DNA of 64,000 nt from Acidimicrobiaceae bacterium (GTDB lineage: Bacteria; Actinomycetota; Acidimicrobiia; Acidimicrobiales; Ilumatobacteraceae): NCBI GenBank assembly GCA_040380855.1, contig JBEIIG010000009.1, forward strand, positions 10,699-74,698, written 5' to 3'. Both the position numbers and the translations under genes were made by a program. A model generated the notes under the pieces. The model worked only from the letters and a program-made list of their open reading frames with translations. It had not been told where the DNA came from and did not search any database. Shown piece after piece: positions 9,029 to 17,210 of the stretch. Position 1 is the first letter of the stretch. Each line of letters opens with the position of its first letter.

Positions 9029-10231
9029 ATGGATGAGAACACCCCGAACTCCGAACCGACCGATGCCCGACCGCCGGTCGGTGGCGCCGTGCTGGACGAC
9101 CACGACCGGCCCGACCAGACTGCCGCCATGAACGCGGCCCCGCCGTCGACCGCCTGGTACGACGTACCCGTCGCCCGCTCTGCCACCGACGGCAAGGTGG
9201 GGGGAGTGATTGCCGGCGTCTGTCGGGCACATGGCTTCGACGTCGGTAGCACGCGTCTCGCGTTCGCTGTCGTTGCACTTCTGCTCCCCGTGTTGGTGTT
9301 CGTCTACCTCGCTGCGTGGATCCTGCTCCCTACCGATCCCGCCCCTGCTGTCTCGCCCCGACAGCTCGTCACCGAACGGCAGCGGCGGCCGCTGCTCATC
9401 GCACTCGGTGCGGTGTCGGTGGCCGTGCTCGTCGGCTCGGTCGGATCGTGGTGGTGGCTCGGCAACTTCCCCTGGGGTCTCGGGCTCATCGCAGGTGGTG
9501 TGCTGCTGTGGTTGCTCTCCGCCCGCCGCACTCCTCCTGCGGCGATGCCCACCGAGGTCGCAGCGGAACCCCCGGCGCCCGGCCGGCGCACCCGCGTCCG
9601 GTCGCGCCGACGCGTTCCCATTGCCTCGATCACCCTGGTCGCCCTCGCCGTGATCGCGGCGTTGCTCCAACTCGGCGAGAACCTCGATTGGTGGAACATC
9701 GCAGCAGGCGCCGCGTTGATGACCGGTCTTGCGGTCATGGTGCTCGCCACCATCGTCAGTGCCATCGTCAACCGCTCCAAGGCACTGATCGCCGTCACCC
9801 TCCTCCTCACAGCCGGCCTCACCGGTTTCGCCATCGCCGATCCGGCGCTCGACGGTCCGATCGGTGATCGCGCCGTTCGCCTGGCCCCCGGCAGCGACAC
9901 CGGCATCCAGTGGCAGCAGGGCATCGGACGGCTGCGCATCGACCTGCGTGATCTCGAGTTCACCGAAGGTGCCGACCCCACCACCATCACCGCCTCGGTG
10001 GGGATCGGCCAACTGGAGGTGGTGATGCACCGAGACGTCACGATCGATGTCAGCGGGTCGGTGAACATCGGGCAGATCCTGCTATACAACGAGCAGGTGG
10101 CCTCGGGTGTGCGCGTGCAGCACCGGGTCGTCGTCCCAGCAGCCGACCAACCGGCGGCCGGCACCGTGCGGCTCGACCTCGAGGTGGGGGTGGGCGAGAT
10201 CACCGTCATCCGCACCGACGCCGACCGCTGA
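9029..10231 (+). CDS. PspC-domain membrane protein with LiaF-like beta-rich C-terminal domain
   Basis: PspC segment (RSATDGKVGGVIAGVCRAHGFDVGSTRLAFAVVALLLP), multiple TM helices, and a C-terminal repeat-like beta region (VTIDVSGSVNIGQILL...LDLEVGVGEITV). Confidence 0.8.
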   Translation: MDENTPNSEPTDARPPVGGAVLDDHDRPDQTAAMNAAPPSTAWYDVPVARSATDGKVGGVIAGVCRAHGFDVGSTRLAFAVVALLLPVLVFVYLAAWILLPTDPAPAVSPRQLVTERQRRPLLIALGAVSVAVLVGSVGSWWWLGNFPWGLGLIAGGVLLWLLSARRTPPAAMPTEVAAEPPAPGRRTRVRSRRRVPIASITLVALAVIAALLQLGENLDWWNIAAGAALMTGLAVMVLATIVSAIVNRSKALIAVTLLLTAGLTGFAIADPALDGPIGDRAVRLAPGSDTGIQWQQGIGRLRIDLRDLEFTEGADPTTITASVGIGQLEVVMHRDVTIDVSGSVNIGQILLYNEQVASGVRVQHRVVVPAADQPAAGTVRLDLEVGVGEITVIRTDADR

Positions 10232-10244
10232 GTACGGTGCGGCC

Positions 10245-11270
10245 ATGCAGGTCGACGTGATGACATCGCCCCTTCCGCTCGCCCAGATGGGCGCCTTCGC
10301 CCAACGGGTGCAGGCCGCCGGGTTCGACGGCATCGTGTTCACCGAGGGGGGCCGCACCGCCTACCTATCGGCTGCGGTCGCTGCCACCGCGGCGCCCGGA
10401 CTGCACCTGTCGACCGGTGTGGCGGTGGCGTTCCCCCGCAGTCCGATGGTGACGGCACAGGTGGCGTGGGAACTGCAGGAAGCAACGGGTGGCAACTTCC
10501 GTCTGGGCCTCGGCACACAGGTGCGCACCCACGTCGTGCGCCGATATGGCGTGCCGTTCGAACCGCCCGGCCCACGCCTGCGTGACTATGTGCAGGCAGT
10601 ACGGGCCTGTTTCGCCGGGTTCCACGGCGAGCCACTCGACCATCACGGCCCGTTCTACGAGCTCACCTTCTTGAACCGTCAGTGGAGCCCCGGCACCATC
10701 GCCGTCGCCGATCCGAAGGTCGATGTGGCCGCAGTGAACCCGTGGATGCTGCGCATGGCCGGCGAGGTGGCCGACGGCGTGCACGTGCATCCGATCGGCG
10801 AGCCCGGCTACCTGCGCCGCCATGTAGTGCCGAACGTGGCAGCCGGCGCCGCCGCCACCGGGCGCGACGCGTCGGCCGTCGACCTCATCGTGCCGGTCAG
10901 TTGCATCGTCGGCGACACCGACGCCGAACGCGAGGCCGACCGCACGGCCATGCGCGCCTCGCTCAGCTTCTACGGCAGCACGCCGAACTACGCGTTCATC
11001 TGGGACGAGGCCGGGTTCGAGGGCACCACCGCCCGCGTACGCGCCCACCAGAAGGCCGGCGACATGGCGGCGATGATGGCCGAGATCACCGACGACCACC
11101 TGGCGGCGTTCACCACCGAGGCCACCTGGGACACGCTGGCCCGGACGCTGGTCGACAAGTACGCCGGGCTCGCGTCGCGACTGGTGGTGTACAACGCCAC
11201 CGGCGGCCACCCCGAACGGCTCGAACGCATGGGTCAGGTGGCACAACAGGTCCGCGCGCTCACCAGCTGA
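10245..11270 (+). CDS. LLM-class (luciferase-like) F420-dependent oxidoreductase
   Basis: Start taken at MQVDVMTSPL, after the stop of the upstream gene. Sequence is luciferase-like TIM-barrel (GFDGIVFTEGGRTAY...FRLGLGTQV). Confidence 0.8.
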   Translation: MQVDVMTSPLPLAQMGAFAQRVQAAGFDGIVFTEGGRTAYLSAAVAATAAPGLHLSTGVAVAFPRSPMVTAQVAWELQEATGGNFRLGLGTQVRTHVVRRYGVPFEPPGPRLRDYVQAVRACFAGFHGEPLDHHGPFYELTFLNRQWSPGTIAVADPKVDVAAVNPWMLRMAGEVADGVHVHPIGEPGYLRRHVVPNVAAGAAATGRDASAVDLIVPVSCIVGDTDAEREADRTAMRASLSFYGSTPNYAFIWDEAGFEGTTARVRAHQKAGDMAAMMAEITDDHLAAFTTEATWDTLARTLVDKYAGLASRLVVYNATGGHPERLERMGQVAQQVRALTS

Positions 11271-11288
11271 CCCCGTACAGTTCAGCCC

Positions 11289-12281
11289 ATGACCGCACGC
11301 AACTCGCTCGTCCGCATGGGCCTCCAGATCCCCAACTTCACCTACCCCGGCGTGGGCCCCGACGAGTTGTTCGAGCGCATCTCCCTCATCGCCACCACCG
11401 CCGAGGCCAGCGGCTTCGACAGCGTGTGGGTGATGGACCACTTCTACCAGCTGCCCATGCTCGGCAAGCCCGAGCAGGAGATGTTCGAGTGCTACTCGCT
11501 GCTCACGGCATTGGCCGCCCGCACCAGCAAGGTCCGGCTCGGCGCCATGGTGGGTGGCATGACGTATCGCAACCCGGCGTACCTGGCCAAGACCGTCACC
11601 GGCCTCGACGTCATCTCCCGTGGCCGTGCGATCTGGGGCATCGGCGCCGGCTGGTTCGAGATGGAGCACAACGCGTACGGCTACGAGTTCGGCACGTTCA
11701 CCGACCGCTTCGAGAAACTCGAAGAGGGCCTGCAGATCGCGAAGAGCATGTTCGTGAACGAGCGCACCACGTTCGCCGGGAAATGGTTCCAGGTCACCGA
11801 TGCACTGAACGTGCCCAAGCCGGTGCAGGCCGGTGGACCGCCCGTGCTCATCGGTGGCAGCGGCGAGAAGAAGACCCTGCGCATGGTCGCCCAGTACGGC
11901 GACGCCTGCAACGTGTTCGGCGACGCCGCCACCGTGCGCCGCCTGATGGACGTACTCGACGGCCACTGCGAGCGCCTCGGCCGCGACCCCGGCGAGATCT
12001 GCCGCACCCGCCTCGGCACGCTGGTGGTGGGCCGCACGATGGAGGAGGCCGAGGCCAAGGTGAGCGCCCGCTTCGGTGGCGGCAGCCTCAGCGACATGCC
12101 CGCCGACGTACAGGCTCGGTTGCGGGCGATGTTCATCCTCGGCGACGCCGCCTCCGTGCAGGCCCAGGTGCAGGAACTGCTCGACGCAGGTCTCGACGGC
12201 ATCGTGTTCAACATGCCCGACGCACACGATGTCGAGTCGGTCGAGTTGGCCGGCGAGATCCTCCGGCCACTGCTCGGCTGA
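11289..12281 (+). CDS. LLM-class F420-dependent oxidoreductase
   Basis: GFDSVWVMDHFYQLP...RLGAMVGGMTYRNPAYLAK...GIGAGWFEMEH is typical of F420-dependent LLM enzymes. Confidence 0.85.
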   Translation: MTARNSLVRMGLQIPNFTYPGVGPDELFERISLIATTAEASGFDSVWVMDHFYQLPMLGKPEQEMFECYSLLTALAARTSKVRLGAMVGGMTYRNPAYLAKTVTGLDVISRGRAIWGIGAGWFEMEHNAYGYEFGTFTDRFEKLEEGLQIAKSMFVNERTTFAGKWFQVTDALNVPKPVQAGGPPVLIGGSGEKKTLRMVAQYGDACNVFGDAATVRRLMDVLDGHCERLGRDPGEICRTRLGTLVVGRTMEEAEAKVSARFGGGSLSDMPADVQARLRAMFILGDAASVQAQVQELLDAGLDGIVFNMPDAHDVESVELAGEILRPLLG

Positions 12282-12289
12282 GCGCGTCG

Positions 12290-14368
12290 ATGGAGATCGT
12301 CAGCCCGTCGCATCGCGTGCTCGGCACGTGCCACCACGACTGCCCCGACAGTTGCGGCTGGCAGGTGGAGGTGCGCGACGGCACCGCGGTGTCGATGCGC
12401 GGCAACCCCGCCCACCCCTACAGCCAGGGCGAATTGTGCCCGAAGGTGAACCGCTTCCTCGATCGCGTGTACAGCCCGATGCGCGTCACCACACCCCTGC
12501 GTCGAGTGGGCGCAAAGGGCGAGGGCCGTTTCGAACCGGTGTCGTGGGACGAGGCGCTCGCCGAGATCGCCACCCGCTTCCGGCACATCATCGACACCGA
12601 CGGCCCGGGCGCCATCGTGCCCTACACCAGCGCCGGCAACCAGGGCCTGCTCGCGCTGTTCTTCGGTGAACGCCTGTGGAACCACCTCGGTGTGGCTGCC
12701 ACCTCGGGTGCGCTGTGCGGTCTCACCGCCGGGGCGGGGGCCGCAGCCACCAACGGCACCGGCAAGGCGCTCGACCCCAGCGAGATGCGCCACTCGAAGC
12801 TGATCATCCTGTGGGCCACCAACACCCGGCTCACCAACCGCCACCTGTGGCCGGTGGTCGAAGCCGCCCGTCGTGAGGGCGCGCAGGTGGTGGTGATCGA
12901 CCCCATCCGCACCATCACCGCCGACTCGGCCGACTGGTTCCTGCAGCCACTGCCCGGCACCGACGTGGCGTTGATGCTGGCGATGATGCACGTCCTGGTG
13001 CGCGACGACCTGCTCGACCACGAATGGATCGCGGCCCACACCGAAGGGTTCGACGAGTTGGCGGCGCACGTGGCCGAGTGGACACCCGAGCGCGCAGCCG
13101 CTGTCACCGGCCTCGACGCCGCCGACATCGAGCGGCTCGCCACCCTGTACGGCACCATCCGCCCGGCCGCCATCCGCACGCTCATCGGTGCCGAACACCA
13201 CGAACACGGTGCCATGTTCTTCCGCACGCTCGCCTGCCTGCCGGCGCTGGTGGGTGCGTGGCGCGACCTCGGTGGCGGCTTCGCCCGCAGCGTTGGTGTG
13301 TGGTGCGACGCGGCGGTCGACTTCGTCGCACTCACCCGCCCCGATCTGGCACGCCCCGACGGCGGTGCCGGGCGCACGCGGCGCGACCTGCCGATGGTGC
13401 GCATGGCCGAGTGGCTGAACGACCCGGCGCCATACGGCGGGCCACCCGTGCGCGCCCTGGTGGCCGTCGGCGTGAACGCCGTGGTGTCGGTGCCCAACGC
13501 GGCAGCCATTGCACGCGGCCTGCAGCGCGACGACCTGTTCACCGTGGTGCACGAACAGTTCCTCACCGACACGGCCCGCTACGCCGACATCGTGCTGCCC
13601 GCCACCACCCACATCGAAGCGCTCGACGTGGTCACGTCGTGGGGCCATCTGCAGATCGGGTGGAACGAGGCGGCCATCGCACCGGTCGGCGAGGCCGTCA
13701 GCAACAGCGAACTCCACCGCCGCCTCGCCGCCGCCCTGGGCTGCACCGAACCGGCCCTGTTCGACGACGACCTCACCGTGCTGCGCGACATCCTTCCCGG
13801 CATCGACCTCGAGCAACTACGCACCGACGGGTTCGTGCGGGCCCCTGCCTATCCGGCCGAGGGCCGACCCTGGGCCGATGGTGGTTTCCCCACCGCCAGC
13901 GGCAGGGTGGAGTTGGCCAGCGATGCGCTCGCCGCACGCGGCCTGCCGCGGCTGCCCACGTTCACCCCGGCGAGCGAGTCGATGGGCAGTGCCGCGGCCA
14001 CCCGCTTCCCGTTCGCGCTGCTCACACCCAAACAGCATGTGCGCTTCTTGAACTCCAGTTACTCGCATCTCCCCAAGCACGCCGCTGCCGAAGGCGAGCC
14101 ATACGTCGAGATGGTCGCCACCGATGCGGCAGACCTGGGCGTGGTCGATGGGCAGACGGTGCGGGTGCACAACGACCGCGGCCAACTGCAGGTGCCCGTG
14201 AAGGTGACCGAGCGGTTGCGTCAGGGCGTGGTGGCCATCCCGTGGGGTTGGTGGGGTGCCAGCCATGCCGACGGCATCGGTGCCAACGCCCTCACCAACG
14301 ACACCCTCACCGATTGGGGAGGTGGCGTGGCCTACAGCGACACCCTCGTCGCCATCACCCCCATCTGA
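12290..14368 (+). CDS. Molybdopterin (bis-MGD) oxidoreductase with N-terminal 4Fe-4S motif; no Tat signal
   Basis: Internal ATG at 12290 gives MEIVSPSHRVLGTCHHDCPDSCGWQV (Cys cluster) followed by molybdopterin oxidoreductase domains. The upstream part of the 1228-aa track ORF is out-of-frame shadow over the LLM genes. Confidence 0.85.
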   Translation: MEIVSPSHRVLGTCHHDCPDSCGWQVEVRDGTAVSMRGNPAHPYSQGELCPKVNRFLDRVYSPMRVTTPLRRVGAKGEGRFEPVSWDEALAEIATRFRHIIDTDGPGAIVPYTSAGNQGLLALFFGERLWNHLGVAATSGALCGLTAGAGAAATNGTGKALDPSEMRHSKLIILWATNTRLTNRHLWPVVEAARREGAQVVVIDPIRTITADSADWFLQPLPGTDVALMLAMMHVLVRDDLLDHEWIAAHTEGFDELAAHVAEWTPERAAAVTGLDAADIERLATLYGTIRPAAIRTLIGAEHHEHGAMFFRTLACLPALVGAWRDLGGGFARSVGVWCDAAVDFVALTRPDLARPDGGAGRTRRDLPMVRMAEWLNDPAPYGGPPVRALVAVGVNAVVSVPNAAAIARGLQRDDLFTVVHEQFLTDTARYADIVLPATTHIEALDVVTSWGHLQIGWNEAAIAPVGEAVSNSELHRRLAAALGCTEPALFDDDLTVLRDILPGIDLEQLRTDGFVRAPAYPAEGRPWADGGFPTASGRVELASDALAARGLPRLPTFTPASESMGSAAATRFPFALLTPKQHVRFLNSSYSHLPKHAAAEGEPYVEMVATDAADLGVVDGQTVRVHNDRGQLQVPVKVTERLRQGVVAIPWGWWGASHADGIGANALTNDTLTDWGGGVAYSDTLVAITPI

Positions 14369-14400
14369 TCCCTTCCCCCACCCGCACCCACCCCGTCCGT

Positions 14401-14433
14401 GAGGCTGGACCCCGGGGAGGGTGGTCCGGCCTC
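14401..14433 (+). terminator. GC-rich hairpin downstream of the molybdoenzyme gene (intrinsic terminator candidate, no U-tract)
   Basis: GAGGCTGGACC (14401-14411) pairs with GGTCCGGCCTC (14423-14433) with one G-U pair. It lies 33 nt after the stop at 14368. Confidence 0.4.
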
Positions 14434-14554
14434 ACCGATCCCGTGGCTCCGTGCGCGTGGGCCACGTAGGTGGGGGTCCACGCTCACGGACGAGGTGTGG
14501 GGTGGGGGGATATGCGGGCCGACCAGCGCAGATGCGTAGGGGTAGCCTTGCCCC

Positions 14555-15808
14555 ATGGCAGGCGACCTCATCTACGCGTTCCGGGTGATGCGCCTGCCGT
14601 TGCTCGACGCCGGTGGTTCGCCCATCGGACGGCTCGAAGACATCGTCGTCATCCCACCCCAGGCCGGCGCAGCGCCTCGGGTGCTCGGCTTCGTCGCACT
14701 CAGCCAGCGTCGTCGCATCTTCGTCAACGTCGGCCGCATCGGCACCCTCGACAGCGACGGTGCCCGGCTGCGCAGTTGGGACGTCGACCTCAATCCGTTC
14801 AAGCCCCGTTCGGGTGAGGTACTGATCGGCCGCGACCTCATCGACAGCCGCGTCGGCGACGAGACCGTGAGCGATGTGGCCCTCGAGCCCGGTGGCGACG
14901 GTCGTCAGACCTGGTGGCAGATCAGCAAGGTACGCCTCGCCCGCCGCACCGCACTGCGACGGCGGCCCAGCTACCGCCTGCTCGACTACGACGAGGTACC
15001 GGGCCTGTTCCGCTCGACGGCCGGCAGCGAGATCGCTGCCGAAGCGGCGCGGTTGCGCGATATGCACCCCAGCGACGTCGCCGCCGTGGTGCGCAGCCTG
15101 CCCCTCACCCAGCGCAAGCAGTTGGCTGCGGTGATGGACGACGAGCGTCTGGCCGACCTGCTCGAGGAACTGCCCGAGAGCGAGCAGTTGCGCATCATCG
15201 AAGGCCTCGACCTCGAGCGCCTCACCAGCGTGCTCGAAGAGATGGAGTACGACGACGCAGCCGACCTGCTGGCCGAGATGCCGGGCGAACAGCGCACGCG
15301 CATCCTCGACGCAATGGACGACGAGGACGCCGACGTGATGCGCCGACTGCTCGCCTACGACGAGGGCACGGCAGGGTCGTTGATGACACCCGACATCATC
15401 GTGCTCGGCCCTACCGCCACGGTCGCCGAAGCACTGGCCCAGGTGCGCGATCCCGAATGGTTGGTCAGCATCGCGGCCCAGGTGTTCGTGGTGCAGCCGC
15501 CCTACAAGGCACCGACAGGCACCTACCTCGGCGTGGTGCACTTCCAGCGCCTGCTGCGCGAACCGCCGAGCATGGAACTGGGTCGGTGCCTCGAACAAGA
15601 GCCCACCATCTCGCCCGACATGTCCGAGCGCGAGGTGGCCGAACGGTTGGCCAGCTACAACCTGCTCGCCGTCGGCGTGTGCGACGATGCCGGTCGTCTG
15701 CTGGGCGCCATCACTGTCGACGACGTGCTCGACCGCACCCTGCCCGCCGGTTGGCGGCAACGTCGCCGTGTCTCGGCCCACCCGACCCAGCAGGGGGCGG
15801 CCTCGTGA
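14555..15808 (+). CDS. Soluble MgtE N-terminal domain plus CBS-pair protein with a PRC-barrel-like N-terminus (no TM domain)
   Basis: Acidic helical MgtE_N-like segment (LEELPESEQLRIIEGLDLERLTSVLEEMEYDDAADLLAEMPGEQRTRILDAM), then CBS-like repeats (GSLMTPDIIVLGPTATVAEAL...LLAVGVCDDAGRLLGAITVDDVLD). No hydrophobic helices. Confidence 0.75.
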   Translation: MAGDLIYAFRVMRLPLLDAGGSPIGRLEDIVVIPPQAGAAPRVLGFVALSQRRRIFVNVGRIGTLDSDGARLRSWDVDLNPFKPRSGEVLIGRDLIDSRVGDETVSDVALEPGGDGRQTWWQISKVRLARRTALRRRPSYRLLDYDEVPGLFRSTAGSEIAAEAARLRDMHPSDVAAVVRSLPLTQRKQLAAVMDDERLADLLEELPESEQLRIIEGLDLERLTSVLEEMEYDDAADLLAEMPGEQRTRILDAMDDEDADVMRRLLAYDEGTAGSLMTPDIIVLGPTATVAEALAQVRDPEWLVSIAAQVFVVQPPYKAPTGTYLGVVHFQRLLREPPSMELGRCLEQEPTISPDMSEREVAERLASYNLLAVGVCDDAGRLLGAITVDDVLDRTLPAGWRQRRRVSAHPTQQGAAS

Positions 15809-16341
15809 CCCGCCGCGACGACCTCACCACACCGCGCCAGCCACGCCGTATCGGCGTGCACTACGACCCCGAAGCATTCGGCCGTTTCAGCGAGAGTGTC
15901 GCCCGCCTCATGGGCACCGCCCGCTTCCTCGTGTACCAGACCGTGTTCTGTGTGCTCTGGGTGATGTGGAACACGTTCGCGCCCGAGCGGCTGCGGTTCG
16001 ATCCGTGGCAGTTCATCGGCCTCACCCTGTTGCTGTCGTTGCAGGCCGCGTATGCAGCACCCCTCATCCTCCTCGCCCAGAACCGCCAGGAACAACGCGA
16101 CCGGGTGCAGACCGACCTCGACCGGCGCGTCGCCGAGCGCACCCAGGCCGATACCGAGTTCCTGGCACGCGAGATCGCGAGCATCCGCCTGTCGCTGGCC
16201 GATGTGGCGACGACGAGCGATGTGGGCGAGTACCTCGAACGGCTCACCGACGCCGTCGAGCGCATGAACGAACGCCTGGGTGAGATCGAGGTGCGGGCCA
16301 CCAAGGCCGACCCGCTCGATCAGCCGCGTAACCCTGCCTGA
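15805..16341 (+). CDS. DUF1003-family membrane protein
   Basis: GTG at 15805 overlaps the upstream TGA (GTGA). Two TM helices (FLVYQTVFCVLWVMW, FIGLTLLLSLQAAYAAPLILL), NRQ motif and a C-terminal coiled-coil-like tail. The 3' end overlaps the convergent hydrolase by 22 nt. Confidence 0.7.
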   Translation: MTRRDDLTTPRQPRRIGVHYDPEAFGRFSESVARLMGTARFLVYQTVFCVLWVMWNTFAPERLRFDPWQFIGLTLLLSLQAAYAAPLILLAQNRQEQRDRVQTDLDRRVAERTQADTEFLAREIASIRLSLADVATTSDVGEYLERLTDAVERMNERLGEIEVRATKADPLDQPRNPA

Positions 16342-17210
16342 TCGCCGCTGGTGCGCATCAGGGCGTCGGCGACGTGGTCGACCAGTACACGGGTGGCTCG
16401 ACTGAACTCGGCCGGCGACTCCCACGGCACCAGGTGGTCGCCCGCCACCTCCACCTGATGGGCACCCAACGCCGCCGCGAGCTGACGCTGTTTGCTCGGC
16501 CGCACCAGCCGATCGCGGGTGGTGACCAGTGCACCTGCCGGCTTGCCCAGCAGATGCGCCCATGGCCGTGCGTCGTACCGGCTCAGGGCGAAGCCGGCGT
16601 GCACGATGGCCACCGAGTCGCCGCGGCGAGTCTCGGCCTCGAGCCACGGCGCATAGTCGTGCAGTTCGTGATCGGGACCGACCATCTTCGCCAGCCCGAA
16701 CCGCAGCCAGCGCGGGAATGCCCACGAACGCAGCATCGGGCCCATCAGGCGCACACCCCGCCACCGCAACCGCTCGCGACGGGTGGCCCGCCATTCGAGC
16801 GCTGTGGCCTGCACCACCATGCCGGCCACCAGATCGGGATGGCGGTTCGCCAGGTGCAGGCTGATCGGACCACCCATCGAGTAGCCGACCGTGATCACCG
16901 GCCCGACACCCAGTTCGGTCAGCAGCGATGCAGCATCGTCGGCTGCGTCCTCGAGGTGGAACGGAGCCGGCGTGCGCACGCCACGGCCATGACCGCGATG
17001 GTCGATCCCGATGAACGAGTACCGCTCGGCCAGGGCTTCGTAGGCGGTGAAGAACTGCAGGTCGGCGCTCGCCGTCCAGCCGTGCAACAGCAGAAGGGTC
17101 GGTGCCGATGGATCGGCGTGCTGGTGGTGACGGATGAAGGTCTCGCCGCGGCCCGGCAGCATCACCGTGCGGCCAGGCGGGAGCCAGGGAACGACGAACG
17201 GTTCGTTCAT
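16320..17210 (-). CDS. Alpha/beta-fold hydrolase
   Basis: Start at MNEPFVVPW (ATG 17208-17210) overlaps the upstream stop (ATGA). Motifs LLLLHGWTAS and GYSMGG nucleophile elbow. Confidence 0.8.
   Translation of the reverse strand: MNEPFVVPWLPPGRTVMLPGRGETFIRHHQHADPSAPTLLLLHGWTASADLQFFTAYEALAERYSFIGIDHRGHGRGVRTPAPFHLEDAADDAASLLTELGVGPVITVGYSMGGPISLHLANRHPDLVAGMVVQATALEWRATRRERLRWRGVRLMGPMLRSWAFPRWLRFGLAKMVGPDHELHDYAPWLEAETRRGDSVAIVHAGFALSRYDARPWAHLLGKPAGALVTTRDRLVRPSKQRQLAAALGAHQVEVAGDHLVPWESPAEFSRATRVLVDHVADALMRTSGDQAGLRG

Noticed and set aside
10682-12289. N-terminal 536 codons of the 1228-aa track ORF.
   Set aside because: They lie out of frame over the two LLM genes, and the sequence is Arg-rich nonsense. 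The true molybdoenzyme starts at ATG 12290 (MEIVSPSH..., Cys cluster).
10365-13816. 620-aa and 711-aa minus-strand ORFs (10365-12227 and 11681-13816).
   Set aside because: They are antisense to the LLM and molybdopterin genes. The translations are dominated by G/A/R/H/V with no domain signatures.
14434-14554. M-box (Mg2+) riboswitch upstream of the MgtE_N/CBS gene.
   Set aside because: I cannot recognise the M-box consensus by eye. It is kept only as a generic 'structured element' finding pending a covariance-model scan.
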